The translations under genes and the position numbers were made by a program. DNA of 64,000 nucleotides, from contig NC_086097.1 in NCBI RefSeq assembly GCF_963921235.1, positions 20,090,001 to 20,154,000 of the forward strand, read 5' to 3'. The notes under the pieces were generated by a model. The model was not told the DNA's origin. It worked only from the letters and a program-made list of their open reading frames with translations, and made no database searches. This document shows, piece by piece, positions 62,311-64,000 of the stretch. This DNA is from Mobula hypostoma (taxonomy: Eukaryota). Each line of letters starts with the position of its first letter. Positions within the stretch are counted from its first letter, which is position 1.

Positions 62311-62892
62311 TAGATCGATGTTTGCAAAGGTGGCCGACTGATCCAAGGGGAAATGACAAATTGGATGCAAAGTGGAAAGAAGCAAAAAGTTTTTTTTAAA
62401 GTTGTTGAGTTTATTTTCACATGCACAAATACATTCATGTACAGGTACTTGGAAACAGCATGACATGTTGTTACATAAGCAGTATACACAGGGAAAGCAT
62501 AAACATAATTGGAACAAAATTATACAAGAAAGAACAATTCGTATGAAACAAAGTACATTGTAGTGCAAAGTGAGGTAGTGATTAGGTTATGCAGCTTGGT
62601 TTCAAGAACTGAGTGGTTGAAAGGAAGTTGTTGTTCCTGAACTTGGTGATATGGGACTTAAGCTTTCTATACCTCCTTCTCAATAGTAAAGGCATGACCT
62701 GGACGGTGGGGATATTTGATGAAAGATGTTTCCTTCTTGAAGCAGCGTTTGATGTAGATACTACTGATGGTTGAGAAGGTTGTGTGTTTGATGTATTGGG
62801 CTGAGTCCACGACTGTCTTCTGCAGCTTGTGTTCCAGCACACTTGAATTGCTGTACCAGATCATGATGCAACCAGTCAGGTTACTTAAAACA

Positions 62893-63080
62893 GTTGTTGA
62901 GTGTCACTGAGTCGTCGTCAACTCATGTAATGAGGTTATCATAAGGTTTTCGTGGCAAGGTATAGAAGAAGATTGCCAGGCCTTTCTTCCATGCAAGTAC
63001 TGCTACTGCCTAGGTTGTATAAACTCAGGATCATCCGCCGTGAAGTCCAGTGATGATGTAACTACACCACCGGCCAGCCC
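62893..63080 (-). mobile_element. tRNA-headed SINE with RTE/BovB-like 3' tail
   Basis: 5' GGGCTGGCCGGTGGTGTAGT head; 3' ATGAGTTGACGACGACTCAGTGACACTCAACAAC. Confidence 0.6.
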
Positions 63081-63231
63081 AAACTGCACAACAATACAGT
63101 TTGTTAACGTGTTCAGTGACATGCTGAACATCTTTGATCTTACAAGAAAACGACACTGCAACACCTTCTTTACAATTGCATCCATGTGCTGGGCCCAGCA
63201 CAGGTCATTCAATATGTTAATATCCAGGAAT

Positions 63232-63521
63232 GAACCCTCTCATAGGGTCAACGGCCATCTAGCAAACACGTGCCGTGAAGCGTGGAAAGGGCATCCCTTG
63301 CATCGAAGCTTGGTCTGGCCATTCACTGCAACAGAACCTCCCCCAGCCGTCTTGGACCCCACCATGCCGCTGGATCCGGGAGATGATGTCGAAAGGATGG
63401 GTCTGGACCTGTGCAACCCCCTATTCATCTAAAATCCACTCACGCACACGCTGTTTCTTTCTGAGGAGCGGGGTACCACCCCACTAACTGACTGATGGGA
63501 TGGATAGCCAGAGAGAGAGAG
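63232..63521 (+). mobile_element. Unclassified 290-bp retroposon with (GA)n tail
   Basis: 10-bp TSD ATCCAGGAAT at 63222-63231 and 63522-63531; CpG-rich body; GAGAGAGAGAG tail. Confidence 0.8.
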
Positions 63522-64000
63522 ATCCAGGAATTTAATGTTGCTGACTCTTTCAACTGCTGATACACTGACATAGACTGATGTACATCCGCCTTTCTTCCCC
63601 CTTCTTGAAGTTAACAATTAATTATTTAGTTTCACGGATACTGTATCATTTCTATATAAGGAGTAGAACGGGGGCTAAGCATGCAGCTTTTGAGATGCTC
63701 CTGTGTTGAGGTCAGCGAGGAGAAGACGTTGTTACTTATCCTCACTGATTGAGATCTGCTGGTGAGGAAGTCAAGGATCCAGTTTCAGAGGTCAAGGTCT
63801 TGAAACTTGATGAAGTTGATAGTTGATGAATAGAAAGCTTAAGTCCCATATCACCAGGTTCAAGAACAACAACTTACTTTCAACCACTCAGTTCTTGAAA
63901 CCATGCTGAACAGCCTAATCACTACCTCAGCAGCCTTTCTTGAGATTTTTATAAATAGCAATCACTCCTCCTCTCATTCTCTGTTCCTTTCCTGAGATTT

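Larger units (their letters stand above)
62400..63829 (-). mobile_element. Degraded Rex1/Babar-like LINE with two nested retroposons
   Basis: IWYSNSS..KLQKTVVDSAQYI, DLCWAQH, VERVSNIKFL and ASQKLHA.PRSTPY remnants. Confidence 0.75.

Overview
Vertebrate genomic DNA, most likely a cartilaginous fish (ray or shark), inferred from the V-SINE/HE1-like SINEs and dense CR1 LINEs. Two spliced genes lie head-to-head and both run off the window. BBOF1 (CCDC176, basal body orientation factor 1) is on the minus strand: 7 coding exons from ATG 25407 down to 404. ENTPD5 (NTPDase5, ER UDPase) is on the plus strand: a putative non-coding first exon in a CpG-rich island at about 27.5 kb, then 7 coding exons from ATG 30601 to 60615 carrying apyrase conserved regions ACR1-4. 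All 14 coding exons were read by hand, have GT-AG boundaries and join in frame. The rest is mostly transposon debris, often nested: CR1 and Rex1/Babar-like LINEs, five transposase-bearing Tc1 copies plus smaller derivatives, a Tigger-like element, two solo LTRs, several SINE types and many Penelope-like terminal fragments. Main points of interest: (1) the Penelope-like fragments carry a minimal hammerhead ribozyme motif, and one TSD-flanked insert is a head-to-head inversion centred on the ribozyme core; (2) the divergent promoter is split by TE DNA into two modules, each an RFX X-box followed by two CRE-like sites; (3) an atypical, invertebrate-looking CR1-type LINE is nested in that promoter interval; (4) two inverted Tc1 copies share the same inactivating lesions. 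Family names come from recalled motifs, not database searches, and TE boundaries without a TSD or TIR are approximate.
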